A stretch of DNA of 64,000 nt from positions 61 to 64,060 of the forward strand of contig JAMLHL010000005.1 of the NCBI GenBank assembly GCA_023957125.1, written 5' to 3'. The stretch comes from Chitinophagaceae bacterium. GTDB taxonomy: Bacteria > Bacteroidota > Bacteroidia > Chitinophagales > Chitinophagaceae. Of this stretch, positions 17,057-25,839 are shown piece by piece (position 1 is the first letter of the stretch; every line of letters begins with the position of its first letter). The notes under the pieces are model-generated. The model worked only from the letters and a program-made list of their open reading frames with translations, made no database searches and was not told where the DNA came from. The position numbers and the translations under genes are program-made.

Positions 17057-18613
17057 TTATTTATTGGTCATCCGGATCACGGGGATGATCATTTCTTCAA
17101 GGCTGACACCGCCATGCTGAAAAGTATTTTTGTAGTAGTTGGCGTAATAATTGAAATTATTGGGATAACAGAGATACCCGTCTTCCCTGGCAAAAATGAA
17201 GGAAGAATTGACGGTGGGCGACGGTAATCCCGCTTCTTTAGGATCACGGAAAGCTAATATCTCTTTAGGTTCGTAATTGAGGTTTCTGCCGTGTTTGTAG
17301 CGCAGATTGGCGGTGGTTTGCTTATCACCGATTACTTTACAGGCTGTTTTCACCCTCACACTTCCATGGTCGGTGGCTACGATGAGGGTGAGCGGTTTTT
17401 CGGCGATCTTTTTCAGCGCCTGATGCAGGGGAGAATGTTCAAACCAACTGGCGGTAATACTCCTGTAGCTTGTTTCATCACTCGCCAGTTCCTTCAGCAC
17501 CTCCATTTCCGTGCGGGCGTGACTCAGCATATCTACAAAATTATATACGATCACATTGAGGTCGTTTTGCAGCAGATTATGGATATTGTCCACCAGCTTC
17601 TGTCCGTCCTGGTGGTTCAATACCTTGGTATAGGAGTATTTGATCCCGTCATTGTGCAGGTGTTTTAGCTGGTCTTTCAGAAAATCTTCCTCATACAGAT
17701 TTTTGCCGCCCTCCTCTTCATCATTTTTCCACTGATGAGGAAAATGTTTTTCGATCTCTACCGGCATCCTGCCGGCAAAAATGGCATTCCGGCTGTACTG
17801 CGTAGCCGTAGGCAGTATGGAATAAAAGGTTTCTTCCTCCTGGATCCTGAAACTTTCTGCAAAAGCAGGCTGGATACTTTTCCATTGATCGTACCGGAGG
17901 TTATCAATTAAGGCTACAAAAAGCGGTTTCCCTTTTTCAAGATGGGGCAATACCTTGTAACGAAACAGGGTATGGCTCATAATGGGGGCATCCGTACTTT
18001 TGGGATGCACCCAGGAGGTATAATTTTTGTTGATGAATTTAAAGAATTCCGTATTGGCTTCATTTTTCTGCGATTGAAACACCTCGCGCATCTCGGGGCT
18101 GTCGCTTTTTTCCATTTCCAGTTCCCAATACACCAGCTTTTTATACAGTTCCATCCATTCGTTATAATCCGGGCTGCTGTTCAGGGCCATGAAAAGATTG
18201 CGAAACTCCTGCTGGTAGGCGCTGGTCGTTCTTTCAGCCACCAGCCTCCGGTTTTCGATGATCTTTTTTAAGCTCAATAACACCTGGTTGGGGTTCACGG
18301 GTTTGATCAGGTAATCGCTGATTTGCGACCCGATGGCATCGTTCATCAGGTTTTCGGTTTCGTTTTTGGTGATGAGCACCACCGGCAACTGCTGGTTGAT
18401 CTCCTTGATCTTTGCCAGGGTTTCCAAACCGGTGATCCCCGGCATGGTTTCATCCAGCAACACCACATCCACAATATGTTCTTTTACGTAATCCAGGGCA
18501 TCGTATCCATTGGTGAGCGTATCTACCGCATAACCTTTGCTTTCAAGAAACAGCTTTTGCGACCGGAGACTCTCAATTTCGTCATCCACCCATAATATTT
18601 TTGCCAGCGCCAT
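17057..18613 (-). CDS. porX: PorX-type response regulator (receiver domain fused to a PglZ/alkaline-phosphatase-like domain), T9SS regulator
   Basis: 518 aa. N-terminal CheY-like receiver (ILWVDDE...VVLLDETMPG..G) and C-terminal PglZ-type domain. Length and architecture match PorX. Confidence 0.85.
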   Translation of the reverse strand: MALAKILWVDDEIESLRSQKLFLESKGYAVDTLTNGYDALDYVKEHIVDVVLLDETMPGITGLETLAKIKEINQQLPVVLITKNETENLMNDAIGSQISDYLIKPVNPNQVLLSLKKIIENRRLVAERTTSAYQQEFRNLFMALNSSPDYNEWMELYKKLVYWELEMEKSDSPEMREVFQSQKNEANTEFFKFINKNYTSWVHPKSTDAPIMSHTLFRYKVLPHLEKGKPLFVALIDNLRYDQWKSIQPAFAESFRIQEEETFYSILPTATQYSRNAIFAGRMPVEIEKHFPHQWKNDEEEGGKNLYEEDFLKDQLKHLHNDGIKYSYTKVLNHQDGQKLVDNIHNLLQNDLNVIVYNFVDMLSHARTEMEVLKELASDETSYRSITASWFEHSPLHQALKKIAEKPLTLIVATDHGSVRVKTACKVIGDKQTTANLRYKHGRNLNYEPKEILAFRDPKEAGLPSPTVNSSFIFAREDGYLCYPNNFNYYANYYKNTFQHGGVSLEEMIIPVIRMTNK

Positions 18614-18644
18614 GAATTATAATTTTATTTTATGTTTAGCTTTT

Positions 18645-18652
18645 CAAATGTA
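18645..18652 (-). promoter_or_regulatory. -7 promoter box TACATTTG
   Basis: Minus-strand TAnnTTTG match 31 nt upstream of the porX start. Confidence 0.45.
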
Positions 18653-18672
18653 GTTATTCATTTCCCGCTTTT

Positions 18673-18680
18673 TACCTTTG
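18673..18680 (+). promoter_or_regulatory. -7 promoter box TACCTTTG
   Basis: 33 nt upstream of the ATG at 18714. Confidence 0.45.
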
Positions 18681-18713
18681 CCGCAGTTCCTTTATTCTTT
18701 TTAACAATTTTAC

Positions 18714-19919
18714 ATGCCTTTCAGAAAAATCATCAACGACCCCGTATATGGCTTTATTACTATAGACCACCCGTTGATATTTGATATTATTGCTCATCCC
18801 TGGTATCAGCGTCTCCGCCGCATCAAGCAGATGGCATTGGCGCACCTGGTATATCCCGGTGCGGTACATACCCGGTTGCATCATTCTTTGGGCGCCTATC
18901 ACCTGATGTGCAACGCGCTGCAGGTGCTGAAAGAAAAAGGCGCTCCTATTACCGGGGATGAAGAAACAGCGGCAAAGATTGCCATCCTCTTACACGATAT
19001 CGGCCATGGTCCGTTTTCCCATGCATTGGAAAATGTGATCATGAAGGATATGCATCATGAAGACATGTCGCTTTTACTGATGCAGGAATTGAACCGGGAA
19101 TTCGGCGGGCAATTGCAGACAGCGCTGGAAATTTTTACCAATATTTATCCAAAGAGATTTTTACATCAACTGGTTAGCGGACAGTTGGATGTGGACCGGA
19201 TGGACTACCTCACCCGCGACAGCTTTTTTACGGGCGTGAGCGAAGGTGTTATCGGTTACGACCGGATTATTAAGATGCTGGTGGTGCATAACGGGGAATT
19301 GATGGTGGAAGAAAAGGCGATCTACTCTATCGAAAAATTTTTAGTGGCCCGCCGCCTGATGTATTGGCAGGTATATCTCCATAAAACGGTTTTGGGTGCG
19401 GAAATGGGATTGGTAAAGATCCTCGAAAGAGCCAGGCAGCTTGGGCTGGAAAACAGCAACAGCCTGGCGGAGAGTACTTTGAGATCTTTTTTACTGAACG
19501 AATATGCGGGAGATATGGCCCGGCATGTACCCGTTTTTTGTGAACTGGACGATACCGATGTGGTAGCGGCTATCAAAAGCTGGTGTCATCATCCAGATAG
19601 GGTGTTGTCGCTGCTGTGCCGGGGTTTAATGGACCGTCATCTTTATAAAGTGAAGCTGCAAAACACCCCTATTAAGGAAGAAGAGACTGCCCATTTAAAA
19701 AAATCGGCCGGGGAGCATTGGGGGGTGGGGGAAGAAGAAGTATCCTACCTGGTATTTACGGGGGAAGCGGAAAACCGTACCTACAATCCTTTTGACGAAA
19801 GAATTAATATACTTTTTAAAGACGGTACCGTGAAGGATATTTCAAAAGTGGATAACGCGCTGATCCAACAAAACCTGTCGGCCCCCGTAAAAAAATTTTA
19901 CATTTGTTACCTCAAATAA
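18714..19919 (+). CDS. HD-domain phosphohydrolase (dNTP triphosphohydrolase-like)
   Basis: 401 aa. RLRRIKQ....YPGA.HTR..HSLG and [12 protein letters not shown] are HD motifs. The position upstream of lpxD is conserved. Confidence 0.8.
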   Translation: MPFRKIINDPVYGFITIDHPLIFDIIAHPWYQRLRRIKQMALAHLVYPGAVHTRLHHSLGAYHLMCNALQVLKEKGAPITGDEETAAKIAILLHDIGHGPFSHALENVIMKDMHHEDMSLLLMQELNREFGGQLQTALEIFTNIYPKRFLHQLVSGQLDVDRMDYLTRDSFFTGVSEGVIGYDRIIKMLVVHNGELMVEEKAIYSIEKFLVARRLMYWQVYLHKTVLGAEMGLVKILERARQLGLENSNSLAESTLRSFLLNEYAGDMARHVPVFCELDDTDVVAAIKSWCHHPDRVLSLLCRGLMDRHLYKVKLQNTPIKEEETAHLKKSAGEHWGVGEEEVSYLVFTGEAENRTYNPFDERINILFKDGTVKDISKVDNALIQQNLSAPVKKFYICYLK

Positions 19920-19927
19920 AATCTGGT

Positions 19928-20974
19928 ATGACATTTAATGCCGCACAAATAGCTTTGCTGATCAATGGAAAAATAGAGGGCGATGCGGAAGCGAGCGTAG
20001 ATTCCTTCAGCAAAATTGAGGAGGCAAAAGAAGGTCAGCTGGCATTTCTTGCCAATCCCAAATACGAGGATTATCTATATACAACAAAGGCATCGGTAAT
20101 TATTGTTAACGACGCGCTGGTTCTGAAAGGAAAAGTGAACGGAACGCTGATAAGGGTGCCCGATTCTTATTCCGCTTTTGCCGCCCTGCTCACCCGGTAC
20201 CAGCAAATGATGGCGGAGCAGTTAACGGGTATTCAGCAACCTGCCCACATCGCTTCAACGGCTAAAATCGGGAAACAGGTTTATATTGGGGCTTTCGCTT
20301 ACATCGGAGAAGAGGTGGTTATAGGGGACCATGTAAAAATTTATCCCAATACCTATATCGGCGACCGGGTTTCCATCGGCGACCACTCGGTTATTTATCC
20401 ATCGGTGAATATTTATCATCATTGCAAGGTGGGGAAACGGGTAACCATACATGCCGGTTCGGTAATCGGCAGTGACGGATTTGGCTTTGCGCCGCAGGCA
20501 GACGGCAGTTTTACCAAAGTGCCGCAAATAGGAAATGTGGTAATTGAGGATCTTGTAGAAATAGGTGCCAACACCACCATAGATCGTGCAACAATAGGAT
20601 CAACCATTATAAAAAGCGGTGCAAAACTGGATAATCTGATCCAGGTGGCCCATAATGTGGAGGTAGGGCGCAATACGGTGATTGCCGCCCAGGCAGGCGT
20701 AAGCGGAAGCACTAAAATAGGCAACCATGTGATGGTTGGGGGGCAGGCCGGTATTGTGGGGCATATAGCCATAGCCGACGGGGTGCGGATCAATGCACAA
20801 AGCGGCGTAAGCAAGTCTATCAAGCAACCTAAAGCTGCCGTTACGGGTACGCCCGCGTATGACTATACCAGCACATTGAGAAGCCAGGCCCTGTCGCGGA
20901 AGCTGCCCGAATTTGAAAGAAGGATTCATGAGCTGGAATCTCTGGTCAGGCAGCTTCTTGCCGAAAGAGTGTAA
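19928..20974 (+). CDS. lpxD: UDP-3-O-acylglucosamine N-acyltransferase
   Basis: Left-handed beta-helix hexapeptide repeats with an LpxD N-terminus ([15 protein letters not shown]). The start is taken at MTFNAAQ. Confidence 0.9.
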   Translation: MTFNAAQIALLINGKIEGDAEASVDSFSKIEEAKEGQLAFLANPKYEDYLYTTKASVIIVNDALVLKGKVNGTLIRVPDSYSAFAALLTRYQQMMAEQLTGIQQPAHIASTAKIGKQVYIGAFAYIGEEVVIGDHVKIYPNTYIGDRVSIGDHSVIYPSVNIYHHCKVGKRVTIHAGSVIGSDGFGFAPQADGSFTKVPQIGNVVIEDLVEIGANTTIDRATIGSTIIKSGAKLDNLIQVAHNVEVGRNTVIAAQAGVSGSTKIGNHVMVGGQAGIVGHIAIADGVRINAQSGVSKSIKQPKAAVTGTPAYDYTSTLRSQALSRKLPEFERRIHELESLVRQLLAERV

Positions 20975-21021
20975 CCGGTTAGTTCCGTGATGATGGTATT
21001 GAATCCCGCATTCATATTTCC

Positions 21022-21029
21022 TATCTTTG
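21022..21029 (+). promoter_or_regulatory. -7 promoter box TATCTTTG
   Basis: 27 nt upstream of the GTG start at 21057. Confidence 0.45.
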
Positions 21030-21056
21030 CCCGATAACTAAAAAGCATATATAAAG

Positions 21057-22454
21057 GTGAACTTTAATCCAGATAAGCAGCATACACTTAAATCGGCAGT
21101 AAGTATTTCAGGTACAGGTTTACACACAGGGGTTAATGTGGATATGATATTGAACCCGGCCAATGCCGGTTTCGGAATCCAGTTTCAGCGGGTTGATCTT
21201 GCCGGCCAACCGGTAATTAAGGCAGATTGTGAGCTGGTATCAGATACCTCAAGGGGAACCACCCTTGAAGACAAGGGAGCCAAAGTCAGCACCGTGGAAC
21301 ACATACTGGCAGCGCTTTCCGGTATGGGGGTTGACAATTGCCTGATTGAGATCAACGGGCCGGAGATCCCCATTATGGATGGCAGTTCGGCTCCTTTCGT
21401 GGAAATCATTGAAGAAGCCGGCATCCAGGAACAGGAAGCTGCCAAATTGTGGTACACCCTCGATAGCAATATTACTTTTTATGATGAAGAAAAGCGGGTG
21501 GAAATGGTAGCAATGCCCGCGATTGAATACCAGATCACCACGCTTATTGATTTTAACAGCCCGGTTTTGGGAACCCAGCACGCGAGCCTCAAGCATCTGA
21601 AAAATTTCAGAACGGAAATTGCTCCCTGCCGTACTTTCAGCTTTTTGCACGAACTGGAGATGTTGTTGGACAATAACCTGATCAAAGGCGGGGACATCAA
21701 TAATGCGATCGTTATAGTGGATAAACCGGTGAGCGAGCCCGAAATGGAACGCCTGGCAAAAGCCTTTGGCCGGAAAAGAATGGAGGTGAAGAGCGGCGGA
21801 TACCTGAATAACCTGGAACTCCGGTTTCCCAACGAACCCGCCCGGCATAAACTATTGGATATTGTTGGCGACCTGACGCTCATCGGTACGCCCGTAAAAG
21901 CTCATATTATTGCCAACCGCCCGGGACATGCAGCTAATGTAGCCTTCGCGAAAAAAATAAAACAGCACATCAGGAAGAATAAGCAGGTGATGGATGTGCC
22001 GGTGTATGATCCGAATCAGGCGCCTGTTTATACCACTCAACAGATAGAAAAGACGTTGCCCCATCGTTATCCTTTTTTACTGGTGGATAAGATCATAGAG
22101 CTGACAGACACCAAAATTGTGGGGATCAAGAACGTAACTTTCAATGAACCCTTTTTCGTGGGTCATTTCCCGGGTAACCCCATCATGCCCGGCGTATTGC
22201 AGATAGAAGCACTGGCGCAAACCGGTGGTATCTTAGCTATTAATACTTTGCCTCCCGGGGAATATGATACCTATTTTGTTAAAATGGATAATGCCCGTTT
22301 TCGCCAGAAAGTGGTTCCGGGGGATACCATGATCCTGAAAATGGAACTGTGTGCGCCTATCCGACGGGGAATGTGCGAAATGCAGGGAACGGTATATATT
22401 GGAAACAAGGTGGTAACCGAGGCCACATTAATGGCCCAATTAGTTAAGCGGTAA
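21057..22454 (+). CDS. lpxC/fabZ: bifunctional UDP-3-O-acyl-GlcNAc deacetylase / 3-hydroxyacyl-ACP dehydratase (LpxC-FabZ fusion)
   Basis: 465 aa. The N-terminal part is LpxC-like (SGTGLHTG, STVEHILAAL). The C-terminal part is FabZ-like (LPHRYPFLLVD, FFVGHFPGNPIMPGVL). Confidence 0.95.
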   Translation: MNFNPDKQHTLKSAVSISGTGLHTGVNVDMILNPANAGFGIQFQRVDLAGQPVIKADCELVSDTSRGTTLEDKGAKVSTVEHILAALSGMGVDNCLIEINGPEIPIMDGSSAPFVEIIEEAGIQEQEAAKLWYTLDSNITFYDEEKRVEMVAMPAIEYQITTLIDFNSPVLGTQHASLKHLKNFRTEIAPCRTFSFLHELEMLLDNNLIKGGDINNAIVIVDKPVSEPEMERLAKAFGRKRMEVKSGGYLNNLELRFPNEPARHKLLDIVGDLTLIGTPVKAHIIANRPGHAANVAFAKKIKQHIRKNKQVMDVPVYDPNQAPVYTTQQIEKTLPHRYPFLLVDKIIELTDTKIVGIKNVTFNEPFFVGHFPGNPIMPGVLQIEALAQTGGILAINTLPPGEYDTYFVKMDNARFRQKVVPGDTMILKMELCAPIRRGMCEMQGTVYIGNKVVTEATLMAQLVKR

Positions 22455-22475
22455 CAAATAATATTATCTTTTCCT

Positions 22476-22483
22476 TATTTTTG
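22476..22483 (+). promoter_or_regulatory. -7 promoter box TATTTTTG
   Basis: 83 nt upstream of the lpxA ATG. Confidence 0.4.
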
Positions 22484-22566
22484 CGCACGTCAGGAAAACT
22501 ACCTGGCATTTTTTGTATATGAATGAAATATTGAACTGAAAGGTACCTGTTAAGAAAAAGTCATTA

Positions 22567-23373
22567 ATGATCCATCCTCATACGTATATACACCCCAATG
22601 CCAGGTTAGCCACCAATGTAAAAATTGACCCTTTTACCGTAATTCACCACAATGTTGAAATAGGTGAAGGCACCTGGATCGGGAGTAACGTTACCATCAT
22701 GGAGGGAGCGCGGATCGGAAAAAACTGCCGCATCTTCCCGGGGGCTGTGATCTCAGCTATTCCACAGGATCTGAAGTTTGACGGAGAGGATTCGCTGGTG
22801 GAGATCGGCAGCAACACTACGATACGTGAATTTGTAACGATTAACCGGGGCACCAAGGAGAGAGGCAAAACAACCGTTGGGGAGAACTGTTTGATACAGG
22901 CCTACAGCCATATAGCGCATGATTGTTCCGTGGGCGATAATTGTATCATTACCAACAACACCCAGATGGCGGGCCACGTGGTTATGGGCGAATGGTCCAT
23001 CCTGGGCGGGATGTGCGCGGTTCACCAGTTTGTAAAGATCGGCGCTCATTCTTATGTGGGAGGCGGCTCCCTGGTAGGAAAAGATGTGCCGCCCTATATT
23101 AAAGCCGCCCGTCACCCGCTGAGCTATGCCGGCGTGAATTCCATCGGGCTTAAACGCAGAGGTTTTTCTATTGATAAGATCAATCATATCCTGGATATTT
23201 ACAGAACTATTTACAATAAGGGGCTTAATACATCACAGGCCCTGGAGATCCTGGAAGAAGAGTTTCCGGCTACGGATGAAAGAGATGAGATCGTAACCTT
23301 TATCCGTGAAAGCGGGAGAGGGATCATTAAACGCTACACCAAAAACAGCGTGGATGACGATATCGTTAACTGA
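22567..23373 (+). CDS. lpxA: acyl-ACP--UDP-N-acetylglucosamine O-acyltransferase
   Basis: 268 aa with hexapeptide repeats and an LpxA C-terminal helical domain. It lies in the lpxD / lpxC-fabZ cluster. Confidence 0.95.
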   Translation: MIHPHTYIHPNARLATNVKIDPFTVIHHNVEIGEGTWIGSNVTIMEGARIGKNCRIFPGAVISAIPQDLKFDGEDSLVEIGSNTTIREFVTINRGTKERGKTTVGENCLIQAYSHIAHDCSVGDNCIITNNTQMAGHVVMGEWSILGGMCAVHQFVKIGAHSYVGGGSLVGKDVPPYIKAARHPLSYAGVNSIGLKRRGFSIDKINHILDIYRTIYNKGLNTSQALEILEEEFPATDERDEIVTFIRESGRGIIKRYTKNSVDDDIVN

Positions 23374-23992
23374 TACAGGCAGGCGGTTCAACAGGGACTG
23401 GATCTTCCGGCATTTAAATTTTCAATTTTTTCAGGGGAATGCATACGCTATTACCGGACCCAACGGGTCGGGCAAGTCCACCCTGTTGCAGGTAATTGCC
23501 GGCGCACTTTCTCCGAGTGAAGGGAAGATCCATTACCACACCGGAGATGGCCGGTTGCCTTCCCCTACCCTGATCAACCCGGAACAAATATTTTTACACC
23601 TTTCCATCGCAGCTCCGTATCTTGATCTTATAGAAGAAATGACTTTGCAGGAATTCCTCGAATTCCACCGTCAATTCAAGCCTTTCCTGTCGGCCATAAC
23701 CATTCCCGAGATTATCGCGCTGGTGGGCCTGGAAAAAGCTACGCTTAAACAGATCCGGTATTTCAGCAGCGGGATGAAACAAAGGGTGAAGTTGGCCCAG
23801 GCCATCTTTTCGGATACACCCTTATTGCTTCTTGATGAGCCCTGTACAAATTTAGATGCGGAGGGGGTAGCACTGTACCAGCGGCTGGTTTCCCTATATG
23901 GCGGGAACCGTCTTATTATCGTAAGCAGCAATGATACCGCGGAATATACTTTCTGCGGGGAGCAGATCAATATCAGCCATTTTAAATCATGA
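23354..23992 (+). CDS. ABC transporter ATP-binding protein
   Basis: Walker A GPNGSGKST, signature SSGMKQR, Walker B LLLLDEP. The start is taken at MTISLTD, overlapping the lpxA end by 20 nt. Confidence 0.8.
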   Translation: MTISLTDTGRRFNRDWIFRHLNFQFFQGNAYAITGPNGSGKSTLLQVIAGALSPSEGKIHYHTGDGRLPSPTLINPEQIFLHLSIAAPYLDLIEEMTLQEFLEFHRQFKPFLSAITIPEIIALVGLEKATLKQIRYFSSGMKQRVKLAQAIFSDTPLLLLDEPCTNLDAEGVALYQRLVSLYGGNRLIIVSSNDTAEYTFCGEQINISHFKS

Positions 23993-24000
23993 GTTTCAGG

Positions 24001-25227
24001 CTATCTCCTGCTGGCGATCAGCAGGTTCAGATCGGTGTATTTTAAATTAAAACGCTGACTGAGATAGATGTTCGTTAAAGCGCCTTTGAAAAGATAGATG
24101 CCGCTGCGGATATTGAATTTATGCCAGATCAGTTTTTCTAACCCGCCCTCGTCGCCAATTTCAAGTAATAAAGGCATCAGCACATTGCTGATGGCCTGGG
24201 AGGCGGTACGGGCAAATCCGGAAGGAATATTGGGAACGCAGTAGTGTATCACCCCGTGCTTGATGTATATAGGGTTTTCGTGCGACGTAATCTCGGAAGT
24301 TTCAAAACAGCCTCCCCGGTCAATACACACGTCGAGGATCACGCTCCCCGGCCGCATAATGGATACCATTTCTTCTGTTGCCACAATGGGGGTGCGTCCG
24401 CCAAAAGACGACAGCGCGCCTACGGCCACATCGCAGGTTTTTAGTTGTTTGGCCAATATTTTAGGCTCTATCACGGAGGTCCACATCCTTACCCCGATAT
24501 TGCCCTGCATCCGTTTGAGTTTGTAAATATTGTTGTCGAATACCTTTACGCTGCTGCCCATTGCCAGGGCCGTTCTGGCCGCGTACTCACCCACGATACC
24601 CGCCCCGATGATGACCACTTTTGTGGGGGGGATACCAGAGATACCCCCTAACAGCATCCCTTTGCCGTTATTAGCGTTGCTCAAATAGTTGCCGGCAAGT
24701 AACATCACGGCGCTGCCGGCAATTTCACTCATGCTGCGAACAATGGGATTGTGACCCGAATCGTCTTTAAAATTCTCAAAAGACAGGGCGGTGATCCGTT
24801 TTTCCATCATTTGCTGGAGGATCTCGGTTTTCATCACCGGCAGATGGATAGGAGAAATGATCGTTTGGTTCGGCTTCAGCAGGTTCACTTCCTCCTCGTT
24901 AACCGGCGCCGATTTCATGATCATGTCACATTCAAACACCTCTTTCTTATCGTATGTGACCTTAGCGCCCGCCTCACTGTAATCTTTTTCCGAAAAATGC
25001 GCGCCTTCGCCTGCCCGGTGCTCCACCACCACCCGGTGCCCGTTGTTAGTGAGCACATTAACGGCATCGGGCGTTAATGCGATTCTGTTTTCCTGGAAAG
25101 AGTTCTCTTTTGGAATACCAATCAATAACTGCGCTTCCCGGGGTTTGATATCTAATGTTTCTTCTAATGTTTCGTAGTTAAAAGAGGTGGCTACAAATGG
25201 CTTTTCTGCCGGCATAAACTGGATCAC
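24001..25227 (-). CDS. alanine dehydrogenase / PNT-family NAD(H)-binding protein
   Basis: 408 aa with AlaDH/PNT N- and C-domain patterns and a Rossmann motif VVIIGAGIVG. Confidence 0.75.
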   Translation of the reverse strand: MIQFMPAEKPFVATSFNYETLEETLDIKPREAQLLIGIPKENSFQENRIALTPDAVNVLTNNGHRVVVEHRAGEGAHFSEKDYSEAGAKVTYDKKEVFECDMIMKSAPVNEEEVNLLKPNQTIISPIHLPVMKTEILQQMMEKRITALSFENFKDDSGHNPIVRSMSEIAGSAVMLLAGNYLSNANNGKGMLLGGISGIPPTKVVIIGAGIVGEYAARTALAMGSSVKVFDNNIYKLKRMQGNIGVRMWTSVIEPKILAKQLKTCDVAVGALSSFGGRTPIVATEEMVSIMRPGSVILDVCIDRGGCFETSEITSHENPIYIKHGVIHYCVPNIPSGFARTASQAISNVLMPLLLEIGDEGGLEKLIWHKFNIRSGIYLFKGALTNIYLSQRFNLKYTDLNLLIASRR

Positions 25228-25251
25228 TTTAAGCGAACAATTTACAAAAAA

Positions 25252-25683
25252 TTATCTGTGAAATTCCATTTTCAGTAAACGGGTTTGGTTATTTACTGGA
25301 TACATATAGATGTCAACCCGGTCAGGAGGCAGAAGTCCGGGCGTTTTTTCCGGCCATTCCACAAAACAGAGATCGTGGGAATAGAAGCAGTCTTCTATCC
25401 CGGCCCGGATAGCTTCTTCTTCATCTTTCAGCCGGTACAGGTCAATATGGAAGATGCGTTTAGGAGTGCCGTTTTCTGTATAACGGTATTCATTAATCAG
25501 CGAAAATGTAGGGCTGGTAACCGGTTCCGTTACTCCTTTTGCTTTACAGAGGGCAGCGATGAAGCTCGTTTTGCCGATGCCCATCTCTCCGTGGAAGGCA
25601 AACAGCCGCTCGTTGTTTTTCATCTGCTCCCAGAAATAACGGGCGCTGTTTTGCAAGTCTGCTGATTTGACAATTATTTCCAT
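25252..25683 (-). CDS. tsaE: tRNA t6A37 biosynthesis ATPase TsaE
   Basis: 143 aa. P-loop GEMGIGKTSF, SPTFSL, HIDLYRL. Confidence 0.9.
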   Translation of the reverse strand: MEIIVKSADLQNSARYFWEQMKNNERLFAFHGEMGIGKTSFIAALCKAKGVTEPVTSPTFSLINEYRYTENGTPKRIFHIDLYRLKDEEEAIRAGIEDCFYSHDLCFVEWPEKTPGLLPPDRVDIYMYPVNNQTRLLKMEFHR

Positions 25684-25741
25684 GCCTGACTTAAATCGAA
25701 ATTGAATCTTTGAACCGGAGTTTTAAAATGCCTCTGCGTTG

Positions 25742-25749
25742 CAAAGATA
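25742..25749 (-). promoter_or_regulatory. -7 promoter box TATCTTTG (proximal)
   Basis: Part of the 12-nt direct repeat GTTGCAAAGATA (25738-25749). 58 nt upstream of the tsaE start. Confidence 0.4.
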
Positions 25750-25783
25750 TTTGTTGTTTTACCAGGTTCCTGATACCGTGTTG

Positions 25784-25791
25784 CAAAGATA
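25784..25791 (-). promoter_or_regulatory. -7 promoter box TATCTTTG (distal)
   Basis: Second copy of GTTGCAAAGATA (25780-25791), 42 bp from the first. Confidence 0.35.
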
Positions 25792-25827
25792 CCCGTGAAG
25801 GAATGAATTGCCCTCCGGACGGGTGAT

Positions 25828-25835
25828 TAATTTTG
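25828..25835 (+). promoter_or_regulatory. -7 promoter box TAATTTTG
   Basis: Only 4 nt upstream of the ATPase ATG. If used, it implies a leaderless or near-leaderless mRNA. Confidence 0.3.
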
Positions 25836-25839
25836 CAGT

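Noticed and set aside
17057-18613. PglZ-type domain, which might suggest a BREX or other phage-defence component
   Set aside because: The protein is a receiver domain fused to a PglZ/alkaline-phosphatase domain, 518 aa long. That is the PorX architecture of the T9SS regulatory pair. It sits in core housekeeping context with no BREX partner genes.
21057-22454. Apparent gene fusion of lpxC and fabZ
   Set aside because: This fusion is the normal arrangement in Bacteroidota lipid A clusters and is not a novelty or an assembly artefact.
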